This document shows positions 20,117-29,244 of a DNA stretch of 58,707 nt, piece by piece. The notes under the pieces are model-generated. The model saw only the letters and a list, made by a program, of their open reading frames with translations, was not told the origin of the DNA and searched no databases. Numbering within the stretch: the first letter of the stretch is position 1; the number at the start of each line of letters is the position of its first letter. The DNA is from an archaeon (GTDB lineage Archaea; EX4484-52; B79-G9). The position numbers were made by a program, and so were the translations under genes. The stretch is taken from NCBI GenBank assembly GCA_043813875.1, contig JBDRKP010000067.1, positions 1 to 58,707 of the forward strand. Reading direction: 5' to 3'.

Positions 20117-21364
20117 ATGACATACGCGGTAAAAGACATAAGCCTGGCAGACCAGGGCAAAAACCAGATAGAATGGGCAGAATCCCAGATGGGCGGGCTC
20201 TTGAAAGTAAGAGAACGCTTCAAAAAAGAATTGCCGCTAAAAGGCATAAGGATAGGCATGGCGCTCCACGTGACAAAAGAGACCGCAGTGCTGGTACGGA
20301 CACTCATCGCAGGCGGCGCACAGGTAGCGATAACAGGCTGCAACCCCCTATCGACACAGGATGACGTCGCTGCAGCGCTCGCAAAAGAAGGCGTTGAAGT
20401 CTACGCAAAACGAGGAGTAGACACCAAAGAATACTACGAATTCATCCACAGGATAATCAACACAAAGCCGCACATCACGATAGATGACGGCTGCGACCTC
20501 GTAAGCGAGATCCACCTCAAATTCCCACAACTCATACCATCGATAATCGGCGGCGCAGAAGAGACCACGACAGGTGTCATCCGCCTCCACGCCATGGAAA
20601 AAGACAAGGCCCTCAAATACCCGATGGTCGCAGTGAACGACTCAAAGACAAAACACCTCATGGACAACTACATAGGAACCGGCCAGTCAGCGATAGACGG
20701 CATCTTAAGAGCGACAAGCATACTGATATCAGGAAAGACATTCGTAGTTGTAGGCTACGGCCCCTGCGGGAAAGGCGTCGCAGCCCGCGCAAACGGCATG
20801 CTCGCAAACGTAGTCGTCTGCGAAGTAGACGCATTCCGCGCACTACAGGCACACTACGACGGCTTCAGGGTAATGCCGATGGAAGACGCAACAAAAATCG
20901 GCGACGTCTTTGTGACAGTGACAGGCGACAAGCACGTCATCCGCACAGAACACATGAAAAACATGAAAGACGGCGCAATAGTTGCCAACGCAGGCCACTT
21001 CGACCTTGAAATCGACCTGAAAGGCCTGGAAAAGATCTCAAAGAAACGCAACATCCGCGCAAACATGGACGAATACACCCTCAACGGCAAAAGATTATTC
21101 GTGCTCGGTGAAGGAAGACTGGTAAACCTTGCATGCGCAGAAGGCCACCCATCGGAAGTCATGTCAATGTCATTCATGAATCAGGCGCTCGCATGCGAAT
21201 ACCTCGCAAAGAACAAAGGCAGCCTAAAACCACAGGTATACAAGCTCCCCGACGAGGTAGACGACATAGTAGCACAGCTGCAGCTTGACGCCATGAGCGT
21301 AAAGAAAGACATCCTCACAGCAGAACAGAAAAAATACCTGTCAAGCTGGCAGGAAGGGACATAA
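20117..21364 (+). CDS. ahcY: Adenosylhomocysteinase
   Basis: LHVTKETAVL, GCNPLSTQD, EETTTG, GYGPCGKG and GRLVNLACAEGHP. Confidence 0.97.
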   Translation: MTYAVKDISLADQGKNQIEWAESQMGGLLKVRERFKKELPLKGIRIGMALHVTKETAVLVRTLIAGGAQVAITGCNPLSTQDDVAAALAKEGVEVYAKRGVDTKEYYEFIHRIINTKPHITIDDGCDLVSEIHLKFPQLIPSIIGGAEETTTGVIRLHAMEKDKALKYPMVAVNDSKTKHLMDNYIGTGQSAIDGILRATSILISGKTFVVVGYGPCGKGVAARANGMLANVVVCEVDAFRALQAHYDGFRVMPMEDATKIGDVFVTVTGDKHVIRTEHMKNMKDGAIVANAGHFDLEIDLKGLEKISKKRNIRANMDEYTLNGKRLFVLGEGRLVNLACAEGHPSEVMSMSFMNQALACEYLAKNKGSLKPQVYKLPDEVDDIVAQLQLDAMSVKKDILTAEQKKYLSSWQEGT

Positions 21365-21418
21365 ATCCCCTTATTTCCTCTTCCAAACGTATTTTAAAAC
21401 ACACTCCAACATAAAACC

Positions 21419-22300
21419 ATGCAAAAACTCATAGCCCCATTCGACCCCTGGAAATCACAGTCATGCACCTGCCCGGACAAATACAGCCTGAACGTCTACA
21501 CCGGCTGCGCACACGGATGCCTCTACTGCTACTCATCATCATACATCCCCGACTTCTTCAACCCGAGACCAAAAAAGCATCTGGCAGAACGCATAACAAA
21601 AGACATAGAGACACTGGACAAGAACACCCCCATTTCAATCAGCAACAGCACAGACCCATACCAGCCGCTTGAAAAGACTTTTAAATGCACAAGAAGATGC
21701 CTCGAACTTCTGCTAGACTTCAGAAAACTGATAGTCACAAAATCAGACCTCATAACAAGAGACATAGACCTCCTCTCAAACACTGTCGTAGCCATGACAA
21801 TAACGACAATCAGCCAAAGCCTTGCAAAAATAACCGAACCCTTCACCCCTCCTCCACAAAAACGCATAGATGCCCTAAAGACCTTAAACGAATCAGGAAT
21901 CCCCACAATCGCAAGAATAGACCCGATAATACCGCAACTTAACGAAGACACATCCGAGCTGATAGAAAAACTGGCCGCAGCAGGAGTAAGACACATAGTA
22001 AGCTCAACCTACAAAGCAAAGCAGGACAACTTCAAACGCCTCTGCGCCGCATTCCCAAAAAACAGAGATATATGGCACGAGCTATACACAAAAAAAGGAG
22101 AACACCTGGGCGGCGCAACATACATGCCAAAAGAGGCAAGAACACAGATCATGAAAAAGACAAAAGAACAGGCAGAAGAAAGAGGCATGACATTTGCAAC
22201 ATGCCGCGAAAACATAGACCTTAAGCAATCCACCAAAACATACTGTGACGGAGCGCACCTTTTAACAGATCAAAAACATATGCAAAAAGAAAAAATATAA
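21419..22300 (+). CDS. Radical SAM protein of the spore-photoproduct-lyase-like family
   Basis: LNVYTGCAHGCLYCY (CxxxCxxC), STDPYQPLE, TKS and RIDPIIP. Confidence 0.82.
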   Translation: MQKLIAPFDPWKSQSCTCPDKYSLNVYTGCAHGCLYCYSSSYIPDFFNPRPKKHLAERITKDIETLDKNTPISISNSTDPYQPLEKTFKCTRRCLELLLDFRKLIVTKSDLITRDIDLLSNTVVAMTITTISQSLAKITEPFTPPPQKRIDALKTLNESGIPTIARIDPIIPQLNEDTSELIEKLAAAGVRHIVSSTYKAKQDNFKRLCAAFPKNRDIWHELYTKKGEHLGGATYMPKEARTQIMKKTKEQAEERGMTFATCRENIDLKQSTKTYCDGAHLLTDQKHMQKEKI

Positions 22301-22347
22301 CAAGAAATTCAGAAACGCTTATATATTACAACAAAGAAAAATTAGCC

Positions 22348-22971
22348 ATGAAGTTAAAAGAATTCATCATGATCACAATAATCATCTTTCTCCTGACTTC
22401 CGTAGTATACCCAAGGCCCTTATGCTATCAGGGAGAATCATGCCGCCTAGAGGTATCGAAAACACTATCCGAAACCGCGAAAGCCACAGGAAAATTCTTC
22501 ACTGAACTCATAAGTTTAGACGCCAAAAGGCAAGCGAAAAACACGCCGCCAGTTGAATCAATATCATTAGAAGCCCTGATAGCATTCGCAGGATTTACAG
22601 TCCTATTTACCGGACTGCTGAGCCTGACGATACTGAAAGGCGAATACCCGACCAAAAAAAAGACAAGGATAGACATAATATTTGCGGTCATCGGAACATT
22701 GACACTCGCAGCCATAGGATTTTACAACTGGAATATTTTTCCCGGACTGTTCTACCACAACGTCACAGACTTCTTGTTCATCATAATGATATCAATGACA
22801 ACGACACTCGTTTACGCGTCACTCAAGAACAACTGGACTCTATTCCAATATATGAATAAAACAAACGACAAGAGCATGGAAGAATATTACACCGTCCTCA
22901 CTGCATGGATAATCACATCAATAATATATCTCGGCATCTATTATTTATATAGCTCAATGAGCCCCATATGA
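22348..22971 (+). CDS. Hypothetical multi-pass membrane protein
   Basis: 207-aa ORF with about five hydrophobic segments and the codon usage typical of this strand. Confidence 0.6.
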   Translation: MKLKEFIMITIIIFLLTSVVYPRPLCYQGESCRLEVSKTLSETAKATGKFFTELISLDAKRQAKNTPPVESISLEALIAFAGFTVLFTGLLSLTILKGEYPTKKKTRIDIIFAVIGTLTLAAIGFYNWNIFPGLFYHNVTDFLFIIMISMTTTLVYASLKNNWTLFQYMNKTNDKSMEEYYTVLTAWIITSIIYLGIYYLYSSMSPI

Positions 22972-23108
22972 GACTTCGGATGCGTATATGTCATCCCCAA
23001 CATTTGAGGCGCCTGCTCGAATGCCGTCCGTGCCATATCGATATCTTCATCAGGAAACTGATCTTGCCGAAAGACAGGATTAAATCCAATCAGATAACAA
23101 AATCAAAC

Positions 23109-24317
23109 CTAAGCCTCAAGCTCTCCCTGAATCTCTTTCCACAAGAGAGGCTGTTTTTCCTCAATCAAAGTCAGGAGAGGTAAATACTGCCGCGCAATAT
23201 GCTTCGACACATGCAGCCTCATACTCAATTTACCCAGAAGCGCTCCCTCACTCGCCCTCCGGAATCGCGTCTGCGCCATCATGGCGATCTTCGTCGGGAA
23301 ATGATACTCAAGCATCCCCGGATACTTCTCATCCTTAGACACCGCAACACCGACGGAGAGAAGCTGGAAAACATAATGCAGATAACCCCAGTATTGCTGC
23401 CGTGTAATCCTGCCGCGAAAAACATCTGCGCGCGACACATACTCCATTGCAAGAGAGAGATCCTTCGATTTCCTGTACTCTCGAGGCATATTCTCCCTCA
23501 CCCACTCAATGACATCACCCGGCTCTGAATCGACATTCAAAAAAGCAGTATTCGCAATATCAGCCGAAGTCGTCTTGAACACGATAGTCATGGCCTGCTG
23601 TATCTGCTGCCCGGCATCACGGAAAGCAATATCGCGCACATCATCATACAGAAGTCGCTTCCGCCCGATTGAATGCGCCTCAAAATCATTGATGGCAGAC
23701 CGCAGATCCCCATTCGAATTATGCGCAATCACGCTGAGAGCCCGCTCCTCCACATCAAGATTTTCCTTGAGCGCAATCATCTTCAATACCAACACGACAT
23801 CAACACGCTTAAGCTCACTTAATTTGACGACAGCGCATGCCTTCTTCAAAATAGTCAACCGGGCCTTCTGCCCATCTGTCCTGAACTCATTTGCTGCAAG
23901 GATGACTGGATAATTGCTTTCAGAGATAATCTTCACAATCTCCTGTGGCGCCCCCCGGTCACTCTGTCCTGATATCCCGTCAACTTCATCAAACAGCACC
24001 ATCTTGCCCCTCTGAAACAACGTCTGCTGAGCAAGGCTCGTACCGAAAAACTCCACAAGATGCTTCTTTGTCCTCGCATCGCTCGCATTTGTCTCAATCA
24101 GATGATAATTCAGTTCACGCGCAATCGCCTGCACCATGCTAGTCTTTCCACATCCCGCAGGACCTAAAAGCAAAAGCCCTTTTTTCAGCTGATTCTTATT
24201 CCATTTCCGGACCCAGTCAAATACCTTGACCTTCTCTTCACCCACGACATCAGAAACATTTTTCGGCCTGTATTTTTCAGTCCATCCACCTGTTGGCTTC
24301 ATACATGATATTGGCAT
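23109..24317 (-). CDS. rfcL: Replication factor C large subunit
   Basis: WTEKYRP, Walker A GPAGCGKT, ETNASD, DEVDG, GDLRSAIND and SRADVFRGRI. Confidence 0.93.
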   Translation of the reverse strand: MPISCMKPTGGWTEKYRPKNVSDVVGEEKVKVFDWVRKWNKNQLKKGLLLLGPAGCGKTSMVQAIARELNYHLIETNASDARTKKHLVEFFGTSLAQQTLFQRGKMVLFDEVDGISGQSDRGAPQEIVKIISESNYPVILAANEFRTDGQKARLTILKKACAVVKLSELKRVDVVLVLKMIALKENLDVEERALSVIAHNSNGDLRSAINDFEAHSIGRKRLLYDDVRDIAFRDAGQQIQQAMTIVFKTTSADIANTAFLNVDSEPGDVIEWVRENMPREYRKSKDLSLAMEYVSRADVFRGRITRQQYWGYLHYVFQLLSVGVAVSKDEKYPGMLEYHFPTKIAMMAQTRFRRASEGALLGKLSMRLHVSKHIARQYLPLLTLIEEKQPLLWKEIQGELEA

Positions 24318-24466
24318 CTTATTTTTAAGTGCTTAATGACCTCTATCGGCAAAGCGCATAAAATACATATATAAAATCAATCAACAGAATAACAGAATAC
24401 ACAAAATGAAAGATCAGTCAATTAAACCCCAAAAAAATATACAACACAGAATATATATCCGGACAC

Positions 24467-24481
24467 AAAAGAGTTTATATA
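24467..24481 (+). promoter_or_regulatory. BRE/TATA promoter of the nrdR-nrdD operon
   Basis: Purine-rich AAAAGAG followed by TTTATATA at 24474-24481, about 100 nt upstream of the start codon. Confidence 0.6.
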
Positions 24482-24506
24482 GATTGGAGACACATATATC
24501 AGTACA

Positions 24507-24554
24507 ACACCACATCTAGTGGTTTGGCAGGAAAATCACTACTATATATAGACG
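24507..24554. promoter_or_regulatory. Tandem NrdR boxes
   Basis: ACACCACATCTAGTGG (24507-24522) and CTACTATATATAGACG (24539-24554). Both keep the invariant C-A-AT-T-G positions of acaCwAtATaTwGtgt, with 32-bp spacing. Confidence 0.8.
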
Positions 24555-24582
24555 CCATATCATCCTTGAGGAGGGGAACCAT

Positions 24583-27039
24583 TTGAAATGTCCGTACTGT
24601 TCATCTAGTGAAACGAAGGTCTTGGATAAAAGATTCACCGAAGATCTTGAAGTGAACCGCAGAAGAAGAGAATGTATCTCATGCAACAAAAGATTCACGA
24701 CCTACGAGAGGATAGAGACACACCCATTATTGATCATCAAAAAAGACGGCTCAAGACAGGAATACGACAGGAACAAGATCCTAAAAAGCATCCTCGTATC
24801 ATGCCAGAAAAGACCCATAAGCCAGGAATCCATTGAAAGGATCGTAGACGAAATCGAAAGCGAACTGCTGCACTTGGACACCCAGGAAGTCGAGAGCAAA
24901 AAGATCGGTAACCGCGTAATGAAAAAACTCAAGACATTAGATGACATTGCATACATCAGATTCGCATCTGTCTACAGGTCCTTCAAAGACATAGAATCAT
25001 TTGAACGCGAACTGCACAAGCTGAAAGTCGTAGGAGAGACGCAGAATACAGGCTCTGACTCAACAGACATACTCTTACAGGTCACAACAACATCAGAGGG
25101 AAAAATAAGCGAATGGAACAACGAGCGCATCGTAAGCGCCCTCATAAGAGAGATCAGGATCCCGCGCGACGAAGCCATAGAGATAGCCGATGCCGTTGAA
25201 AAAAAAGTATTCTCATCCGGGATCAAGACAATATCCGTGAGCCTCATACGCGAACTTGTAGACATAGAACTATTCACCAGAGGCTACGACAAGAAACTGG
25301 AAAAACAGGGAATCATAGGGATGCCCCATTATAACTTAAAACAGCTGATATTCAACAAAAGCAACGAAAACAGCAACGTAGCTGCAAACAACCCCGAAGC
25401 AGTCAACCTGGCGATCGCAGAAAACACACTGAAGCAATACGCACTAAAAGAACTATTCTCAGAAGACATATCCTCAGCACACATGAAAGGCGCAATCCAC
25501 CTGCACGACCTCGGATACCCGATCCGCGTATATTGCAGCGCGCACAGCCTCGAATACATAAAGAAATACGGCTTGAGGCTCATCAACCTCTCAACCACGT
25601 CAGCCCCGGCCAAACACGCAGGAACACTTACAGGCCACCTGAACACATTCCTCGCATCCATGCAAGCATACTACGCAGGCGCCCTCGGGATCAGCTACGT
25701 GAACATATTCTACGCGCCATACCTTGTAGGCATGAGCTACGAGAAGATGAAACAGGAAGCACAATACCTGATCTTCTCATGCAGCCAGAACGCGTTCTCG
25801 CGCGGCGGCCAGACATTGTTTATTGACTTCAACATACACTTAGGGATTCCAGGATATCTCAAAGATGTGCCGGCTATAGGCCCTGGCGGCAAATACACAG
25901 GAAAAGTCTACGCTGACTACGAAGAGGAAGCCCAGCAATTCGCAAAAGCGCTTCTAGACGTCTGGCGGGAAGGCGACGGCGAAGGCAAGCCATTTCCTTT
26001 CCCTAAATGCGACCTTCACGTAGACAAGACAACCTTCAGCGACCCGAAACAATACGAACTCCTGAAATACGCATGCCAGATAGCCTCAGAAAACGGCTCA
26101 CCATACTTTGTCTTCGACAGGGACGAAATAAACCTCTCCATGTGCTGCCGGTTGAGGACAAAAATAGTCGACGACTACGTAATCAAACACCCGGAAAGCA
26201 TGAGATTCTGCGGCTTCCAGAACGTAAGCATAAACCTGCCCCAGGCCGCCTACAGGGCTGGAAAAGGCAACCTTGAAGGCACAATATCTGAACTGCACAA
26301 AGCAATGAAACTTGCGGTAAAAGCCCACATACAAAAAAAGAAATTCATACAGAAACTGATGAGCGTCCCGGGCGCACCCTTGTGGCAGGTAGGCCAGATC
26401 GCCCCCGACGGCAGGCCATACATCGACCTTGAGACAGCCACCTACATACTAGGCATCATAGGACTCAACGAATGCGTAAAATATATAGTTGGTCAGGAAC
26501 TGCACGAATCAGAAGAAGCATACAGGACCGGCCTGAAAATAATCTCTGCCATGTACCTCAGATGCAAGGAATTCGAAAAAGAATACAGCCTGAAATTCAC
26601 TCTCGAAGAGACGCCCGCAGAAAGCGCATCCTTAAGGCTCGCAAAAATCGACCTGAAAGAATACCCCGAAAGCAAAGACTACATACGCGGCAACAAGAAA
26701 AAAGGAGAGATATATTACACGAACAGCGTACACTTGGCACCAGACGCACCGGTCGACATCATAGAAAGAATCGAAAGGCAATCCAAATTCAACACACTGA
26801 TCGAATCAGGAGCAATAACCCACGTGTTTTTAGGCGAGCAGAAACCGGATATGGGAAGCGTATTATCTCTGATCAAAAAGACATGGGATAACACCCAATG
26901 CGCACAGATCACAATATCCCCCGAATTCACAATATGCAATGATTGCCATAAACTATCCAGAGGTTACGCAAGAGAACAGAAACCTCAAACAAAGGCCATA
27001 AAAGATATGCCAAAAAAAGAGGGGGCGGTTGTAGCATGA
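24583..27039 (+). CDS. nrdD: NrdR-NrdD fusion: NrdR repressor (Zn ribbon + ATP-cone) fused to a class III ribonucleotide reductase that lacks its glycyl-radical tail
   Basis: N-terminus MKCPYC...RRRRECISCNKRFTTYERIE, IIKKDG ATP-cone and YIRFASVYR (NrdR). Then a second cone and the NrdD core: IHLHDL, YCSAH, SRGGQ, PFPFP, MCCRL, ETPAES, YYTNS, GAITH and FTICNDC. RBS GAGGAGGGG. Confidence 0.92.
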   Translation: MKCPYCSSSETKVLDKRFTEDLEVNRRRRECISCNKRFTTYERIETHPLLIIKKDGSRQEYDRNKILKSILVSCQKRPISQESIERIVDEIESELLHLDTQEVESKKIGNRVMKKLKTLDDIAYIRFASVYRSFKDIESFERELHKLKVVGETQNTGSDSTDILLQVTTTSEGKISEWNNERIVSALIREIRIPRDEAIEIADAVEKKVFSSGIKTISVSLIRELVDIELFTRGYDKKLEKQGIIGMPHYNLKQLIFNKSNENSNVAANNPEAVNLAIAENTLKQYALKELFSEDISSAHMKGAIHLHDLGYPIRVYCSAHSLEYIKKYGLRLINLSTTSAPAKHAGTLTGHLNTFLASMQAYYAGALGISYVNIFYAPYLVGMSYEKMKQEAQYLIFSCSQNAFSRGGQTLFIDFNIHLGIPGYLKDVPAIGPGGKYTGKVYADYEEEAQQFAKALLDVWREGDGEGKPFPFPKCDLHVDKTTFSDPKQYELLKYACQIASENGSPYFVFDRDEINLSMCCRLRTKIVDDYVIKHPESMRFCGFQNVSINLPQAAYRAGKGNLEGTISELHKAMKLAVKAHIQKKKFIQKLMSVPGAPLWQVGQIAPDGRPYIDLETATYILGIIGLNECVKYIVGQELHESEEAYRTGLKIISAMYLRCKEFEKEYSLKFTLEETPAESASLRLAKIDLKEYPESKDYIRGNKKKGEIYYTNSVHLAPDAPVDIIERIERQSKFNTLIESGAITHVFLGEQKPDMGSVLSLIKKTWDNTQCAQITISPEFTICNDCHKLSRGYAREQKPQTKAIKDMPKKEGAVVA

Positions 27040-27215
27040 ACGAGACAGAAACAACAGAGACAGACATTCCGCGATGCCCGCACTGTGGAAGCACTAACGT
27101 ATACGGCATGAGCAGAGTAGTCGGGTATTATTCAAAAATCGATAATTGGAACAAGAGCAAAAAATCCGAATTCAAAGACAGGCAAAAAGGAAACTACAAG
27201 ATTTCTGAATTGTGA
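27036..27215 (+). CDS. Stand-alone NrdD C-terminal glycyl-radical domain (59 aa; absent from the supplied ORF track)
   Basis: Translated by hand: MNETETTETDIPRCPHCGSTNVYGMSRVVGYYSKIDNWNKSKKSEFKDRQKGNYKISEL. It has CxxC, the RxxGY radical motif and WNxxKxxExxDR, an ATGA overlap with the upstream stop, and a G-rich RBS. Confidence 0.9.
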   Translation: MNETETTETDIPRCPHCGSTNVYGMSRVVGYYSKIDNWNKSKKSEFKDRQKGNYKISEL

Positions 27216-27219
27216 TGAC

Positions 27220-27477
27220 ATGAAGATAAAGATATTCACAAAAGAAGACTGCCCTAACTGTCCGCCAGCCAGGGATCTCGGGAAAATACTGGAAGCCGAA
27301 GGTCTCGACGTAGAATACCACGACATATCTACGATAGACGGGCTGACAGAATCATCATACCACGGAATCATGTCAACGCCATCAGTTCTGGTCATCGGAA
27401 AAGACGGCAAAGAGAAGACAGGCTGGAGAAGCACCGTACCAGACATCAACGAAATTCGCCAGGTGCTCGGCAAATGA
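27220..27477 (+). CDS. Thioredoxin/glutaredoxin-like (NrdH-like) redoxin
   Basis: IKIFTKEDCPNCP (CxxC) and cis-Pro motif IMSTPSV, inside the RNR operon. Confidence 0.85.
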   Translation: MKIKIFTKEDCPNCPPARDLGKILEAEGLDVEYHDISTIDGLTESSYHGIMSTPSVLVIGKDGKEKTGWRSTVPDINEIRQVLGK

Positions 27478-28181
27478 TCGATGTAGACATAAGAGGGATA
27501 TTCAACACATCACTCATAGACTATCCCGGAAAGATCGTATCAACAATATTCTTCAACAGATGCAACTTCCGGTGTCCATTCTGCCATAACCCGGAACTTG
27601 CATTGGATAAAGACCAGAACAACCCGATAGATACCGAAAAAATCATAGAGCACCTCATAAAAAGAAAAAAATGGCTTGACGGCGTTTGCCTGACGGGCGG
27701 AGAGCCGACACTGCACAAAGGACTCACTGAATTTATCGAAAACATAAAAAAAGAAGGATTCCTGGTAAAACTGGACACAAACGGCACAAACCCGTCAGTC
27801 CTCAAAGCACTTATCAAAAAAAAACAGCTGGACTACATCGCGATGGACATAAAGACAAATCTGGAAGACTATGAGAATGTCGCAAAAGTCAGGGTAAACA
27901 AAAAAGACATCAAAAAGAGCATCGGACTGATTCAAAACAGCACAATAGACTACGAATTCCGCACAACCATCGTACCGCCATACTTCAACAAAGACAACCT
28001 GATCAATATATGCGAATGGCTAAAAGAATCAAGACTTTATGTACTTCAACAATTTAAAAATAATACAGCAATGATTGATATGACACTATCAGATGTGGCT
28101 CCATACCCACAGAAGACAATAATGGAATTTAAAGAAATTGCATCAAAATACTTCAAAAACTGCGAAGTACGAGGAATATAA
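27474..28181 (+). CDS. nrdG: Anaerobic RNR activating enzyme (radical SAM)
   Basis: SLIDYPG, CNFRCPFCHN, LTGGEPT, KLDTNG, YIAMDIK and YEFRTT. Confidence 0.93.
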   Translation: MIDVDIRGIFNTSLIDYPGKIVSTIFFNRCNFRCPFCHNPELALDKDQNNPIDTEKIIEHLIKRKKWLDGVCLTGGEPTLHKGLTEFIENIKKEGFLVKLDTNGTNPSVLKALIKKKQLDYIAMDIKTNLEDYENVAKVRVNKKDIKKSIGLIQNSTIDYEFRTTIVPPYFNKDNLINICEWLKESRLYVLQQFKNNTAMIDMTLSDVAPYPQKTIMEFKEIASKYFKNCEVRGI

Positions 28182-28198
28182 AGAGGAGGCGGTATTAA

Positions 28199-28393
28199 AT
28201 GCCATATAAGATCACTATAGACGAAGAAGAATGCATCGGATGCGGTACATGCGCTGCACTATGCGACGAAAATTTCAAGATGGGCGACGACGGCAAAGCA
28301 AAAGTAAAAAACAAGACCGTGAACGAGCTAGGCTGCAACGAAGAAGCTAAAAACAGCTGCCCGGTATCATGCATCCACATCGACAAAGCATAG
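28199..28393 (+). CDS. Monocluster ferredoxin
   Basis: CIGCGTC...CPVSCI in a 64-aa acidic protein with RBS GAGGAGG. Confidence 0.9.
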   Translation: MPYKITIDEEECIGCGTCAALCDENFKMGDDGKAKVKNKTVNELGCNEEAKNSCPVSCIHIDKA

Positions 28394-28401
28394 TGAAGCA
28401 G

Positions 28402-29061
28402 ATGACCAAAGAAAAATGCATATGCACTCCACACGAACTATTAGAACAATACAAACAGGACAAAACAATCATAAAAGACCGGCTGAAAGAATTCAGAGAT
28501 ATGATGAAATCTTCCGACGAAACAATATTCTCAGAACTTGTTTTCTGCCTCTTCACCCCACAGTCGAGCGCAAAAAAATGTGACAGAGCCGTAAGACGCT
28601 TGATAGACGCCAACCTCCTGTTGGAAGGCGAGTCATCCGACATCGCAAAAGAAATAAGAGGTGTCCGCTTCCACAACACAAAATCAGCAAGAGTCATCAC
28701 CGCAAGAAACCAGTTCACAGAAAACAACCGCATAAGCATCAAAAAAAGAATAAACTCATACAGCGACAACTACGAACTAAGAGAATGGCTCATCAAAAAC
28801 GTAGACGGCCTCGGATACAAGGAATCAAGCCATTTCCTAAGAAATATAGGCCTTGGATTCGACATGGCAATACTAGACAGGCACATCTTAAACAACCTTA
28901 AAGCCCTCGATGTCATAGACTGCATCCCAAAAAGCATATCAAAGTCAAGATACCTGTCGATAGAAAGGAAGCTGATAGAATTCTCCGGAAAAATAGGACT
29001 CAGCCCAGCCGAACTAGACCTCCTCTTATGGTCAAAAGAGACCGGCGAAGTCTTCAAGTAG
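28402..29061 (+). CDS. ogg: 8-oxoguanine N-glycosylase/DNA lyase (Ogg2/AGOG-type HhH)
   Basis: FSELVFCLFTPQS, VRFHNTK, GLGYKESSHFLRNIG, AILDRHIL and C-terminal LDLLLWSKETGEVFK. Confidence 0.9.
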   Translation: MTKEKCICTPHELLEQYKQDKTIIKDRLKEFRDMMKSSDETIFSELVFCLFTPQSSAKKCDRAVRRLIDANLLLEGESSDIAKEIRGVRFHNTKSARVITARNQFTENNRISIKKRINSYSDNYELREWLIKNVDGLGYKESSHFLRNIGLGFDMAILDRHILNNLKALDVIDCIPKSISKSRYLSIERKLIEFSGKIGLSPAELDLLLWSKETGEVFK

Positions 29062-29244
29062 ATTTTTAAACTTAATTGACAATAAAAATAACTGATTATC
29101 AAGTAAAACCACGTGAGAATATGACAATGATAAAAATCACCCGAAACATAAAAACGATCACATTGGGTGATAAAAATAACTAATTCTGCACCATATTCCA
29201 CAAAAAACAGACATATAAACACATCATCTCAGGAGTTGATATAA

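Noticed and set aside
22945..23100. Short minus-strand reading frame (…DMARTAFEQAPQMLGMTYTHPKSHMGLIELYK) after rfcL
   Set aside because: No clear start or RBS and no recognisable family. It may be a gene remnant, but this cannot be supported.
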